Of a DNA stretch of 64,000 bases, positions 18,950 to 30,360 are shown in pieces (position 1 is the stretch's first letter; every line of letters starts with the position of its first letter). The position numbers and the translations under genes are program-made. The DNA is from a virus. The DNA lies in IMG/VR virus record IMGVR_UViG_3300017917_004998, positions 1 through 64,000 of that record. One strand, 5' to 3'. The notes under the pieces were generated by a model. The model was not told the origin of the DNA and searched no databases. It saw only the letters and a program-made list of their open reading frames with translations.

Positions 18950-21848
18950 ATGCAAACACTGAAGAACAATAAACCAACCACCGGCGGCTATGCAAGGCCA
19001 AAGTTTCCCCACGAGATGAAGAACGAAAGGTACTGGAGGAACGTGACTTATAACGACCAGTACCTGACTGGAGTTGTTGATACCGTCTTCAAAAGGCAGG
19101 GAGGATTTGCTTCAGACCGACAGATTGCAGTTCTCAGAAGGAAGGAGATGGGAATCACCACACCTTACCACACAAAGAACTAGTTCAGGTAAAAAAACCA
19201 TTGCTTCGAAGCCCCCGAAAAAACTTAGTATTTTTCGGGGGTTTATTTTTTTATCTCGAGGCTTAGACCTATATTTACAGTATCAAACAACAACATCATG
19301 TCAATCCAAGAACAACTTAACAACTTCAAAGGCAGTCAGATCATCGGGATCGACACTTTGACTTCGGTGGAGCTTACCGGTGGTAAAGCCAACCCACAGC
19401 AAGGACGTGTAAAGAAACTCGTAGAGGGTTCAAAGGTAATGGTATTCAAAAGCGGTAAAGGTTACTTCAACATGGTAACACGCCGTCTGAAGAAAGAAGC
19501 AGAGGAAATGCAAATGACCACTGACCGTCTTTTCGAAGCCATCTCAGGAGAGGGTTGGAAACCAGGTCCACGCCAATGGGGAGAGCGAGTTCCCAACTCA
19601 CCTTTTGTTGTCCACAAAGAAAAGACCTACCTCGAGTGCATCTTCATCCAAGGAGGAAAGGCTAAATACTTCCTAGACGGGGTGGAGATCGCAAAGGAGG
19701 AAGTCATCGGGCTCAGAGAAAAAACAGAAGGAGACCAAGGTGGATTGGCCAATAAGGTAATTCTCCGGACCTACTCACTAGACTCGATCGTCAAGGTGAG
19801 GAAATCTAAAAAGGAAATCTTAGGACCTGGCTTACTCAAATAAGCCAGGCTACAGGAACCCCAGAAAATTCTGGGGTTTTTTGTGCGGTTCAGTTTTTTC
19901 TAAACGTGGAATTTTTCTAATTTTATAGCATCAAACAACAAGACCATGATGACAGAAAAACAATCAGAAATCTTCCGCAAGGTGTTGGACACCAATATGG
20001 AGGTAATTCAGCTTCAAGCTGAAGGTAAATTCTTGAAAGCCTTTGAAAAGGCAAAGGAGCACAATGCCCACGTCAAGAAGTTAAAGGAATCCATGGGCGA
20101 GGAGGCTTACAACAATTTCATCGAGATCGGGCGTCAGATGTTCGCTCCCAAGAAGGAGGAACCCTGTCGCCACGAAAGAACCTACGTGGCGGTAAGACAC
20201 GAATCGGGAATTTCATTGAGCAAATGTTCAGACTGCGGCGCACGGGTTTAATACAATCCTGCTTAAAAAAGAGTGGAAAAGTTTCCACTCTTTTTTTGTT
20301 TCGTTTTTTTCAAGCGGACAACTTAAGTACTTTTACTAAGTCAAACAACAACAATATGACTAAAAAAGAAATTTTCGAAGCCATGACACACAACGCAAAA
20401 GCGATGGTGTCAATGGGAACCGCAAAGGGTGACATGGAAATGGCACTCGTAGGACACGCAACTCTAACAGCCTTGGCTGCTATCCAAAACGGGGATGGTG
20501 CAGAATTCTCAATCACTATGGTTGCCTTCAACGAGTTGATGGAATCAAAGAGGGAAAAAGAGCGTGAACACGCCGAAATGCCCGAAGCCATGGAGGACAT
20601 GTTAAACCAAATGGGGATAACCACCAAAGGGTGATATCTCGGACTTTTTTGAGACAAAATTTTTTTTATTCGAAACCTAAGTTTAAATTTGTAAAGTGAT
20701 TCAACCATGAACACACCAATCAGAAACCCAAAAACAGGAAGATTTATGAAAAAGGAAGAAGTATCCACTACAGAGACAGCTCAATTGAGCAAGAAGACCC
20801 TTAAAGTCACGACCAAGACTCACCTCTCGGTATTCTCTAAGAAAACCATCGAGCCCGAAAAAGTATCACGAATGCGTCCAGGTGCAGAAGTGATCTTGGA
20901 TTTCCTTCAGGCTACAGATTCTGAAGGAGACCAATTGGTACGTGTTCGCAAAGACGGATCAACCCGGACTTTCTACACCACCAGCAAACTCGTTAGCGAG
21001 GTAATGTAAAAAAAAATTTAGTTTTAGTTAGTAAAAAAAGAGTGGCTTCGGTCACTCTTTTTTTTGTGGTTTCTTTTTTTCCTTTCGAAAAATCTTAGTA
21101 CATTTACAATATCAAAAAATAATAAAATGAAACCAGCAAATAAACAAGTAATAACCTCATTCCACGGAACAGTATTCAATGCTTCAGTAGCAGACCTCCG
21201 CAAGATTTTAGGCGAGCCAAGATATAAAGTAAACGACGGCCGGGACAAAACCAATTTCCAATGGGTGATGGAAACGGAGAATGAGAAATTCTTCACAGTC
21301 TACGACTGGAAAAGCTACCATTCATTGGAAGAAGATGAAATCGTCGAGTGGCACATCGGTGGAAAATCGGGGATCGACACCGAAGAAGCACTAAATGAAA
21401 TTGCGGAAGCTCTAAACAATTTAGAAGACTAAGGATTGGAAATCCTCAGATAACCACGAAAAATATTGTTGTTAGGTAGAAGGCCTGGTCGGAAGATCAG
21501 GCTTTCTTTTTGAACAATATTGTTCAAAAGTCCCCGACTATGTTTAACGTTTTGCCACAAAGGTTAAACAAAAGGTCAAAAAAGTGGACATTTATTTTTT
21601 TACCTCGAGGGTATAGGTTACATTTACGGAGTAAACAAACTTTACAGCTTATGTCAAAAAACCAAAGTTATCTCTGGAATCGGATCCTTACTGTCAACAA
21701 AGAGATTAAGGAATCCAAGGATGCATTAGAAAAGTGGGAAAAGTCACTTCTCCTGCAAGTACTAATCCGTCAGCTAAAAGACGATATGGGTGAAGCTGCC
21801 TATCAGAACTTCATCGAGTCTTCTAGGAAGATGCTGACGCCGGCTTAA
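18950..21848 (+). CDS. run of monocistronic early-type hypothetical genes: 18950..19183, 19298..19843, 19946..20251, 20356..20634, 20707..21009, 21127..21432, 21651..21848
   Basis: Most follow the repeated promoter and end in a hairpin plus T tract; starts corrected to the first ATG after the leader; 19946 and 21651 are paralogs (MGEEAYNNFIE / MGEAAYQNFIE). Confidence 0.78.
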
Positions 21849-21970
21849 CAGATTGCTTAAGTTAAAGAAGTTGTTGATTTGACCTAAGTCTGACCACGGT
21901 CAGACTTTTTTTTGAACCCACAACAAAGCGTGACTATTTTGGATTGATATATATGAAAATCTTGCATGCC

Positions 21971-22534
21971 ATGAACATAAAACCTTTCGACAAATTTCTT
22001 GAATCCAACGACGAATTCAGGCTCATGAAGGATCTAGAGGATCTAGGAGCTAATGAAAGAACCTGGACTAAAGAGCAGATCCATTCTGTTTTGGATTCTT
22101 TGAAATGGGCTGATCTTTTTAGCGGAGAAATCATCAACGAAAACGAGTTTGATTTTCGTTACAACGAGTATAGAAACGAGGTAATAGCTTCATTCACAGG
22201 ATCCTACAAGGGTGAATTTGACACAAGTGAAGCCTGGGATAAAATCAAGGAATCGTTGCTCGTGCTAAAAGTAGACAAAGATGCCGGCATAGAAGAAGAC
22301 GAAATTCTCTACTACCTGGACGAGGTTGAGTCAGCTTTCGACAAAACAGATTTCAATGCTTTAGCAGAAAGGTTTATAGAAAATGCAGATTTCTACAACT
22401 CAGTGGAGATAGACATAGAAGGGAGAGATAGAGGAGAGGGAGTTCTTAGTGTTTCTGCCACCGCGAAATTCGACGACGACAACATCGAAATAGACGAGGA
22501 TGAGATAGTAGATGAGATTTTAGGAAATCTCTAA
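21971..22534 (+). CDS. acidic tagged protein (MNIKPFDKFLES...DLEDLGA)
   Basis: GATATATA at 21946; both peptide tags present. Confidence 0.8.
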   Translation: MNIKPFDKFLESNDEFRLMKDLEDLGANERTWTKEQIHSVLDSLKWADLFSGEIINENEFDFRYNEYRNEVIASFTGSYKGEFDTSEAWDKIKESLLVLKVDKDAGIEEDEILYYLDEVESAFDKTDFNALAERFIENADFYNSVEIDIEGRDRGEGVLSVSATAKFDDDNIEIDEDEIVDEILGNL

Positions 22535-22604
22535 ATTACTAAGTTTCATTTTTTCTTAGCAGTTCCAGTTCTTATATTTGGATTATCAAACAAAAATAAA
22601 AGAC

Positions 22605-23021
22605 ATGGGACGATCATATTACGGAGACATAGAAGGGAATTTCTGGAACGTAGTTCAAGGATCAGATGATGCAGAATTTTTTGGCGGAGTGCACGACTAC
22701 GTCGGCTATGATGGTGAAGTGGTAGAAGATGATGACGAAGCGGTAGGGATCTTATTCCAGTTTGACCAAGATGACTTCGAAGACATTCAAAACGGAATTG
22801 CTACCTGCTTGAAACATCTCGGCGAATATCAGGAGCCATTGGATAATTTTTTCCAAGCCAAAAGCAGTTACGATGAAGAGGAAATTGCAAAAGAATTGCA
22901 AATTCCGGTAGATAAGGTAGGGAAATTACTTACTCAATATGCAAGACTTATTCTTGGTTTGAAAATCGAACATTGTGTAGGCGAAAACGGAGAATGCAAT
23001 TTCACAGCAGAACTGAGATAA
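22605..23021 (+). CDS. acidic hypothetical protein
   Basis: ATG after the promoter/leader. Confidence 0.75.
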   Translation: MGRSYYGDIEGNFWNVVQGSDDAEFFGGVHDYVGYDGEVVEDDDEAVGILFQFDQDDFEDIQNGIATCLKHLGEYQEPLDNFFQAKSSYDEEEIAKELQIPVDKVGKLLTQYARLILGLKIEHCVGENGECNFTAELR

Positions 23022-23022
23022 A

Positions 23023-23172
23023 ATGAACACACTAAAGCAATCACAGGCAAGGGAGAGAGAATCGGCAAAGGAGCAGGGATTCTATGACGGCAGGTTCAAG
23101 ACCAAAATCGTCAAGGATAAGAAAAAAGAGCTCAGCCGAAATTGGGCTAGGGGCAAGGGAGCCCAAAGATAG
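23023..23172 (+). CDS. 49 aa basic protein
   Basis: MNTLKQSQARERESAKEQGFYDGRFKTKIVKDKKKELSRNWARGKGAQR*. Confidence 0.65.
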   Translation: MNTLKQSQARERESAKEQGFYDGRFKTKIVKDKKKELSRNWARGKGAQR

Positions 23173-23297
23173 TGGGGACCCCTCACGCGTCGTTGTTTGA
23201 TAAGTACTAGGGATTCGCTAAGCGAATTCTTTTTTCTAAGTTTCATTTTTTATTCTCGGACTGGGGATGTACATTTGCTAAGTCAAACAACAATACT

Positions 23298-24157
23298 ATG
23301 TACAGATATTCAGAACTCATCGCAGAAGGAATGGAACCACACGCAGCCACCGCATTTGTAGAACTACAGCAAGCTGGCTGCCCGGTTAAGATCTGGGACG
23401 GTGATGAACGTGGTCACTTTTGGATCGACGCCGAGCAATCAGAAGCCAGCGAGTGGCTGGACTACTGGTCAATGGATCTCATGGCAGGTTCAAACAAACT
23501 CAACCAGATCCTCGAGAAGCACGGACTCTACTTCGAGTGGGCCAACTCCGCCTATGCCAACGTCCACGACATCTAAAAGGTGTTGGGATAAGAGAATCAG
23601 CCAGGGCCAAAAATCATGAGCCAGGAGGTTCCAATTCTACCTCCTGGCTTTTTTTGTGTTCCCATTTTTTTATCCCGAGGCTTAGGCCTATATTTACAGT
23701 ATCAAACAACAACAACATGCAATCACCATTCATTAAAATCAAGGCAAACCTTTTCATCAACGGGAAAAGCGTTTTCTCCTACGACACCCACGTGGCTGAC
23801 ATCGTAGGAAATGAAATTATAGAGGTTGGGAAATTCTCCCGAACCACCACACGTCACATCGGTGAAGTTGCACGGATTACAGGTTTCCGTGTTAAAGACC
23901 AAGGAAAACTTGCCAAGGTCAATTTTTTCAAGCATGAGGCGGGAGTTAGATGTCAACCAAGCAACACCCTGTCCAACAAGGCAAGCCAATGTGTTATCGA
24001 CTACCTCAAAGCAGGTAAGACATATTTCCAAGCACTTTGCCGGATGATGGACGAAAAAATCCAAGAGCGTGACCGCGACATCATCCAAAGATATCTAGCG
24101 TCGGTTGGCCAGACAGAAGATATCCAGTTGGTCCGTGACTTAGAAAAAATTTCATAA
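23298..24157 (+). CDS. two early-type hypothetical genes (23298..23576, 23717..24157)
   Basis: Each directly after the repeated promoter/leader. Confidence 0.78.
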
Positions 24158-24214
24158 TCCCGTTTTTTATCGGCGTGGATCGAAGATATATTTGAAGTAC
24201 CAAACACCAAGACA

Positions 24215-24418
24215 ATGAACTTCTTCAGAACTGAAACAGTACATCCACTGATCGGCAAGAGAGTAAGACTCATCCACATGGAGGACACAGAACCAATACC
24301 AGTGGGAACGGAGGGAACAATCGTCGGGGTGGATCCAGTAGGATTCAGAATGAAATGGGACGACGGCAGGACCCTTACCCTCATCCCGGAAGAAGACCGG
24401 TGGGAGGTACTGGATTAA
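24215..24418 (+). CDS. DUF4314-like small beta-barrel protein
   Basis: GKRVRLIHMED..PIPVGTEGTIVGVD...KWDDGRTLTLIPEED. Confidence 0.8.
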   Translation: MNFFRTETVHPLIGKRVRLIHMEDTEPIPVGTEGTIVGVDPVGFRMKWDDGRTLTLIPEEDRWEVLD

Positions 24419-24525
24419 AATAAAAATCATGAGTTGTTGTTGACTCGAGGCTTAGAATTTTTTTCTAAGCCTCATTTTTTTGTTCCGTTTTACTAAATTA
24501 TATTTACAGTATCAAACAACAAGAC

Positions 24526-25707
24526 ATGGAAAATACAACATTCACACAACAGGTGGCAGCCTGGGAAAAAGGAGAGTACGCACTCTACCCACACTGCAAC
24601 GATTTCTACGACTGGTTCTGCAAAGACAGCTCTTTGGATAACAGGGCAAAAAAGCTCAAGGGCATGGCAAAGAAACTCGTCAAACACTTCAACCTTAATC
24701 CCGACGAGGTTTACGTGTTCTTCAAGAACAACTGCCCAGCGAGCGGACAACTGTACGACTCCATCAGCATCTGCGGAAGGGAATGGAAAAATGTGATTCT
24801 CTGGGCTACTCCAAAATCAGGGCACAATGATCGGGCAGAGCTTTACATCATTGACTCAAAAGAGGAAATCTCCGCTCCAACATTCACTGAAATATTGAAA
24901 AAATTAAAGAAATAAGGACATGGTAGGTATTAAACTCAACGAGAAAGAGGGTATGGAATACGTGGTAGACCTGGCGAAAGGTGTATTCCCAGACATAAGA
25001 GTAATTGGCAACGAGGTTTTTATGAAGGACCAATTGTTGTTCTCATCCACAGATAGTCAGGCGATTCAGGCTTTCCTCTTTGGGATGATCCTCGGGAAGG
25101 TCCAGAAGTAGGCGGTTTCGTTTTTTAGTAACGCACGGAATTCTTATATTCAAGCTATCAAACAGAAAGATAAGATATGAAAATTCTAAAGTCTTCACAG
25201 GAGGCCGAGCCCGGCAAGAAGTACGTCTACCAGTACACACACCTCGGACAGCATCTCTACTATGGAATGGACATGGAGGGATCTGCATGTCTCTTCACAG
25301 ACATAGGAGACGCAACGATCTTCAGGTCGGAGAAGGTCAAGATCTACATGATCGAAGAAGCCTACGAGACAGGAGATGAGATCTACTGCGAGGACTTAGA
25401 CGAATTAATCGTACTAGACGAAAAGCTAGTCTTAGCAGAAATCAGCATCTAAAAAATTAGAATTTCTTTTTTTCTCTACGTTTGTTGATCTTATATTTAA
25501 GGTATCAAACAACAACCAGTAAAAAAGACTATGTGCTATTCATTCCCGATAACAAATCAGCAATACAATTATCTTCTTCCGATCTTTGGAAATTGTGGAT
25601 CGAATAAACTTCTCCATCGGGTAGATCGGAAGCACGACAAGTTTTATTTTATCGGAACAAAGGAAGATCACAAGGACATGTTAGTCCGGTGTAAATATAT
25701 AAAATAA
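24526..25707 (+). CDS. early-type hypothetical genes 24526..24915, 24920..25111, 25177..25452, 25531..25707
   Basis: Promoter-led cassettes. Confidence 0.75.
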
Positions 25708-25716
25708 AACCACCAA

Positions 25717-25982
25717 ATGAAAAAGCACATCGAAACCTTCGAGGAAAGAACATTAAACGAAATCTATTCAGACAAGGATATGAGGAGAGGAGAGGAGAGG
25801 AGCTAGGAAAATCCTCTTTCGGGTTGGAACTTAAATTCACAAAGGATTTTCGAAGAGACAAGCTAATCATCAAAAAGCTGGTTAGACTAAAATCACAGAT
25901 CACCAGTCCAGAACTAAAGTCAGAGATCGATAACATCCTCGACATGTTGGAGGGAACTGATGATTCTCAAGGTGCACTGTAA
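25717..25982 (+). pseudogene. tagged gene frameshifted at a (GAGGA)4 repeat
   Basis: MKKHIETFEERTLNE... stops at TAG 25804; removing one 5-nt unit joins it to an open frame ending at 25982. Confidence 0.75.
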
Positions 25983-26086
25983 AAATCTGATAGCCTTTCG
26001 AGAATAAGACACCATACCATAAAATTAGATTTTCGTTTTTTACCTACGAGCCGAGGCCTTATATTTAAGGTATCAAACAACAAGAT

Positions 26087-27202
26087 ATGGAAATCCTACT
26101 AAAGAAAACCAAAATCACCAAATCGATCATCAATCAGAGTCTACCTGCTCCTATCGATGCATTTTTGAAAACAGATTTTTATTATGAAGTTCTGGGCTGG
26201 TGTATGTACAATGACAAAAAGATTGTACTGCTATATGAGAGGGCTACCAATCAGGTCAGAACCTATTTCTACACACCTTCGTTCGGCAAGAAATACCAAT
26301 TCCTCGAAAGAGCTAGAGTTCAAAGGCCAGACATAAACGGGGGATGGGTTTTTCCTGAGGTTTACATTCTCAACATTCTAACAGAGGACGAAAGACCCGC
26401 TTATAGGCACGAGCAGAAGGAAAGCGAAACAGACGAGAAGATGAAGGAGATGGAAGAGAAGGCAATGAAGTACGCAGTCAGAGTTGCACAGGCAGGACAG
26501 ATTTACATCTAAAAAAAATTAGAATTTCTTTTTTTCTCTACGTTTGTTGATCTTATATTTAAGGTATCAAACAACAAGACCATGAAACAATACATCTTCT
26601 ACTACTACGACGAAAGCAGAGCATCCACATTCGGACCATGCTTAGTTAAAGGCCAGGGCGAAACCAAAAAGGAAGCATTTCTGGACGCTGCTAAGCGACA
26701 CTTCAACAACCCTGACGAAGAGGAGATAGCAGAATTCATGGAGAAAGCTGTTACATTGGCAACAGTCACCGGCTTGGGTGCAGAGGTCAAGATCAGTCAG
26801 AAGAACTTTGGAATGATCTTTGAAAGGTAAAATAATGAAAAGGTTTCTAAAATACAACATCTCAATCTTCAAAGTCTGGCTGACGTATATATTTTTACGA
26901 AAGCCATTCACACAGGAGGCGTACGACATTGTCAAGGACAACTACAGGTCAACACCAAGAGAGAAGAAAATCATGGTCAGAATCGCCAGGATCAATAGAT
27001 TAACCACATAATGGTAAAATTCCCGAGGAACCCAAAAGATGGTCAATTATTTTGTTCTGTGAATCTTGATCCAGCAACAAAAGATGGCGGCAGGTACGTC
27101 TATTGGCAGGGGAGATGGGTAGTTATAGATGGGGAGAGGAAAGAAAGAATTCCCACCATCACGAGCAGGATAAAGCATCTAAGAAAACATATTGACAAAT
27201 GA
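26087..27202 (+). CDS. early-type hypothetical genes 26087..26512, 26582..26830, 26835..27011, 27011..27202
   Basis: Promoter-led cassettes or coupled ORFs. Confidence 0.75.
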
Positions 27203-27573
27203 AAGACTTTACAGAATACCAAGAAGCTTTAGAGTTAAAGGAAATTGGATTTGACGAACCTTGTTTTGGAAGGTATAATAACAATGATGATTATCTATTA
27301 ATTGCTCATACTGAAAAATACATCATTAGTAACGGTGTTGATAGAAGTGAGTTTTTTATACTAGCACCACTTTACCAACAAGCATTCAGATGGTTTAGAG
27401 AGAAGTTTGGCTTAGTAGGTTTAATCGAGATTGGTACACAGGAATATTCTTTTCTCATATACGATGAAAAGACAGATAGTCGAAAAGTAACAAGTTCCAT
27501 GAATGGTACCTACGAAGAAGCGGAACTTGCTTGTCTTAGAAAACTAATTGAGCTTGCCAAAGAGGCTCGATAA
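27199..27573 (+). CDS. family-C paralog (ALELKEIGFDEPC...APxYxQAFR.FRE...YEEAELACLRK)
   Basis: Three conserved blocks shared with 28608 and 29038. Confidence 0.85.
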   Translation: MKDFTEYQEALELKEIGFDEPCFGRYNNNDDYLLIAHTEKYIISNGVDRSEFFILAPLYQQAFRWFREKFGLVGLIEIGTQEYSFLIYDEKTDSRKVTSSMNGTYEEAELACLRKLIELAKEAR

Positions 27574-27657
27574 ATTTAGATTTTAGTTTTTTCTCTGCGT
27601 ACAGAGGCCTTATATTTATGGTATCAAACAAACTAAAAGGCAAACAATTACAGTCCT

Positions 27658-28023
27658 ATGAGCACAACGGCAAGAGCATGCAACAATTGCAACACGCAAT
27701 ATCAGGCTGACAACCGCAACCTAAAAAGAGGCTGGGGCTTAACATGCTCCAAACGGTGCGCAGCTTCTCTCAGAGAAAAATCAAAGCCTGGTTACAACCC
27801 AAAGCGTGTAGCAGCCAACAATTTCAGAAGGGAGAATTGGAAAGTGGAGGATGAGAATGAGTATGGTGTGTTTAAGGGTAGGTACACATCGGAGGGGTAC
27901 AGGATGTACGTGAGGGAGAACGACGAATACACCGCGGTGGATAAGTTTGGTGATGCTGTGTATGACGGAGTGACTTGGTATGAAGACGAGGATGACAGCG
28001 AATACTGGAACGACAAGGATTGA
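27658..28023 (+). CDS. zinc-finger protein with acidic tail
   Basis: CNNC...TCSKRC. Confidence 0.72.
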   Translation: MSTTARACNNCNTQYQADNRNLKRGWGLTCSKRCAASLREKSKPGYNPKRVAANNFRRENWKVEDENEYGVFKGRYTSEGYRMYVRENDEYTAVDKFGDAVYDGVTWYEDEDDSEYWNDKD

Positions 28024-28096
28024 TCGGACCAGTATTTCTCATTTTTTCTCTACGCATCAAGGTCTTACATTTACAGTATCAAAACACAAAACACAC

Positions 28097-28589
28097 ATGA
28101 ATCAAAAAGAAAAACAAGACCAGCTAATGGATCCAAATGTAAGAGAGGATCTATTAAAGAGATTACATAATAGCTTCGAAAAAGCAGAGACAGGAATTCC
28201 ATTCTATTCTGACGACGAAGGTGTAGCCGGCGGAGGATGGATGAAGATCTCCTTTAAAGTCTATCTCAATGCAGACCAGCTGATTAAGGTTTCGGAATTC
28301 ATCAAAGAGAAGTTCTCTGTACCCGGAACATTCAGCCACATCCTTCCCAAGATTGGAGTTTCCAAAGGAGGAGTTTCCATCATCGTCCAGGACACAGAGG
28401 TTCAAAGAATCGCAGAGGAGGGAAAAATTTAATTAGGGCCTCGAGGTTGGGACCTTATATTTACACGAACCAAGAAATCTCAAATCCATGAAAAACCTAA
28501 ACAACAGAGACATTTTTTTACTAGGCATGATTGCCGGAGCAGCCTTGGCTGGTATCTTAGCACTTATGGCTAGAATGATCATATCATAA
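28097..28589 (+). CDS. hypothetical protein 28097..28432 and 33 aa membrane peptide 28488..28589
   Basis: Both directly after a promoter motif. Confidence 0.65.
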
Positions 28590-28607
28590 TTAATCCCAAC
28601 CAGAGAC

Positions 28608-28967
28608 ATGATAGAAAAAGACTTTACACCATACGGAGAAGCTTTAGATCTAAAGCAACTTGGATTTGACGAACCTTGTTTTGGTGTTTATGCCACAAAG
28701 GATGGATATGTCAGAAAAAGTGCATATGATGAAAATGGAGATGCTCCAACCTATTATCAAGCATTTAGATTCTTTAGAGAGAAGTATAAGTTAAAATGTT
28801 GCATTATTCCATTAGTATGCGAGCAGGGATTTTCGGATTTATATGAAAGTCGAATCCATCAAGAAAAACATAGTATTTCAATAATAGGTAATCATAAAGA
28901 TTACGAAGAAGCAGAACTCGCCTGCCTTAGAAAGATGATCGAAATAGTCAAAGCCTCTAAAAAATAA
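28608..28967 (+). CDS. family-C paralog
   Basis: Conserved blocks. Confidence 0.85.
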   Translation: MIEKDFTPYGEALDLKQLGFDEPCFGVYATKDGYVRKSAYDENGDAPTYYQAFRFFREKYKLKCCIIPLVCEQGFSDLYESRIHQEKHSISIIGNHKDYEEAELACLRKMIEIVKASKK

Positions 28968-29037
28968 ATTGGGATTCTCGTTTTTTCTCTACGTTTCTTG
29001 ATCTTACATTTATGGTATCAAACCAATAGGAGAACAA

Positions 29038-29427
29038 ATGATAGAAAAAGATTTTACACCCCGCACAGAAGCTTTAGAGTTAAAAGAAATTGGATTTGAT
29101 GAACCTTGCTTAAAGTTTTATGCAAACGGGAAATTGGTATTGGGACTTGATACTGACAATGGTGATGCTAACAGTAAACTGAGTCAGTATAATCAGTTGT
29201 TTGTTTCCGCGCCAACCTACTCACAAGCATTTAGATTCTTTAGAGAGAATCATAAATTTCATTCAAACGTTAAATGTGTTGATACCGTTACCAATAAGCA
29301 TTTTCGATACGAAATAGAATCTAATGGGGAGACATTAGTTTGTCGTAATAGAATTGAATCTTACGAAGAAGCAGAACTTGCTTGTCTCAGAAAGATGATC
29401 GAAATCGTCAAAGCCTCTAAAAAATAA
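29038..29427 (+). CDS. family-C paralog
   Basis: Conserved blocks; 3' end and downstream DNA nearly identical to the 28608 copy. Confidence 0.85.
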   Translation: MIEKDFTPRTEALELKEIGFDEPCLKFYANGKLVLGLDTDNGDANSKLSQYNQLFVSAPTYSQAFRFFRENHKFHSNVKCVDTVTNKHFRYEIESNGETLVCRNRIESYEEAELACLRKMIEIVKASKK

Positions 29428-29492
29428 ATTGGGATTCTCATTTTTTCTCTACGTTCTTAGTTCTTATGTTTACAGTATCAAAACAAAAGAAA

Positions 29493-29626
29493 TAGTCAGG
29501 CATCGGAAGTGCAATAGCGGTATAATAAACTATGGTAGGGCGAAAATCTGAGATAGTGTAAAAACCTGCAAAAGATGGGAAACCAATTGAAGCTATTGTA
29601 ACAGGTTCGAATCCTGTCCTGACTAC
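29493..29626 (+). ncRNA. tRNA-like element 1 (no D arm; long multi-hairpin insert)
   Basis: TAGTCAGG...CCTGACTA acceptor, ACAGGTTCGAATCCTGT T arm, internal stem GCAATAGC/GCTATTGT; directly after an early promoter. Confidence 0.75.
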
Positions 29627-29641
29627 TAAAAAATAAAAAAT

Positions 29642-29761
29642 ATGCAAAACTTTTTAACATTTTTCCTCTATCCCCTATGTGCAACGCTTTCAACAATCTT
29701 TTTGTTTGCTATTGGTATCCAAATTGAAAAAATAAGAAAAGATAATCATACGGAATCTTAA
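29642..29761 (+). CDS. 39 aa membrane microprotein
   Basis: MQNFLTFFLYPLCATLSTIFLFAIGIQIEKIRKDNHTES*. Confidence 0.6.
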   Translation: MQNFLTFFLYPLCATLSTIFLFAIGIQIEKIRKDNHTES

Positions 29762-29815
29762 TCGAGACCGTGTATTCTATCAACAACGATCTTTGACGTA
29801 CTGGAATAAATTAAT

Positions 29816-29924
29816 TAGTCAGGTGGCGGAATGGTAGACGCTAGAAGTGAATAGATAAGTTAGTATGTTGTCACTTAAAACCATTTACAACTTATCATAC
29901 AGGTTCGAATCCTGTCCTGACTAC
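29816..29924 (+). ncRNA. tRNA-like element 2
   Basis: Leu-type D arm, then stem GATAAGTT/AACTTATC abutting the T arm; no anticodon arm. Confidence 0.8.
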
Positions 29925-29982
29925 GAAACCCAAGAGCATTTTACATGAACACTGGTTGACAGCTCGGAAAGTACGAGCAACA

Positions 29983-30060
29983 TAGTCAGGTAAAGTTGGC
30001 ATCGGAATTGGCAGTCTAGAATGTTCCACCGAGTATAGGTTCGAATCCTGTCCTGGCTAC
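29983..30060 (+). ncRNA. tRNA-like element 3 (no recognisable D arm)
   Basis: TAGTCAGG...ATAGGTTCGAATCCTGTCCTGGCTAC. Confidence 0.7.
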
Positions 30061-30128
30061 AAAAATTAGATTCTCATTTTTTATCTACGGCCCGAATGCT
30101 TACATTTAAGGTATCAAATAAAGGAAAT

Positions 30129-30353
30129 ATGAAAATAATGGAAATTTTACTTTTGACAAGCTGGATTTTGGGGATCTTATTATCAATCCTTTTTACAATT
30201 GGTGCTTGGATTACTAAAGATAAAAAACAGTGGGAAAATGCATGGCTTTTTTTTGTATTAGCCTTTTTTACTGGATACATCACAACAATACCAATTATTT
30301 TCGTCTGTGTGGTTCTATCGTTAAGTACAAGATTCAGACAAAATGAAAAGTAG
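30129..30353 (+). CDS. small multi-pass membrane protein
   Basis: Hydrophobic 74 aa ORF after a promoter. Confidence 0.7.
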   Translation: MKIMEILLLTSWILGILLSILFTIGAWITKDKKQWENAWLFFVLAFFTGYITTIPIIFVCVVLSLSTRFRQNEK

Positions 30354-30360
30354 ATAAACC

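Noticed and set aside
25804-25806. Stop-codon reassignment (TAG read-through)
   Set aside because: The same frame stops again within about 20 codons, other genes end normally in TAG, long genes are intact under the standard code, and no suppressor tRNA is seen.
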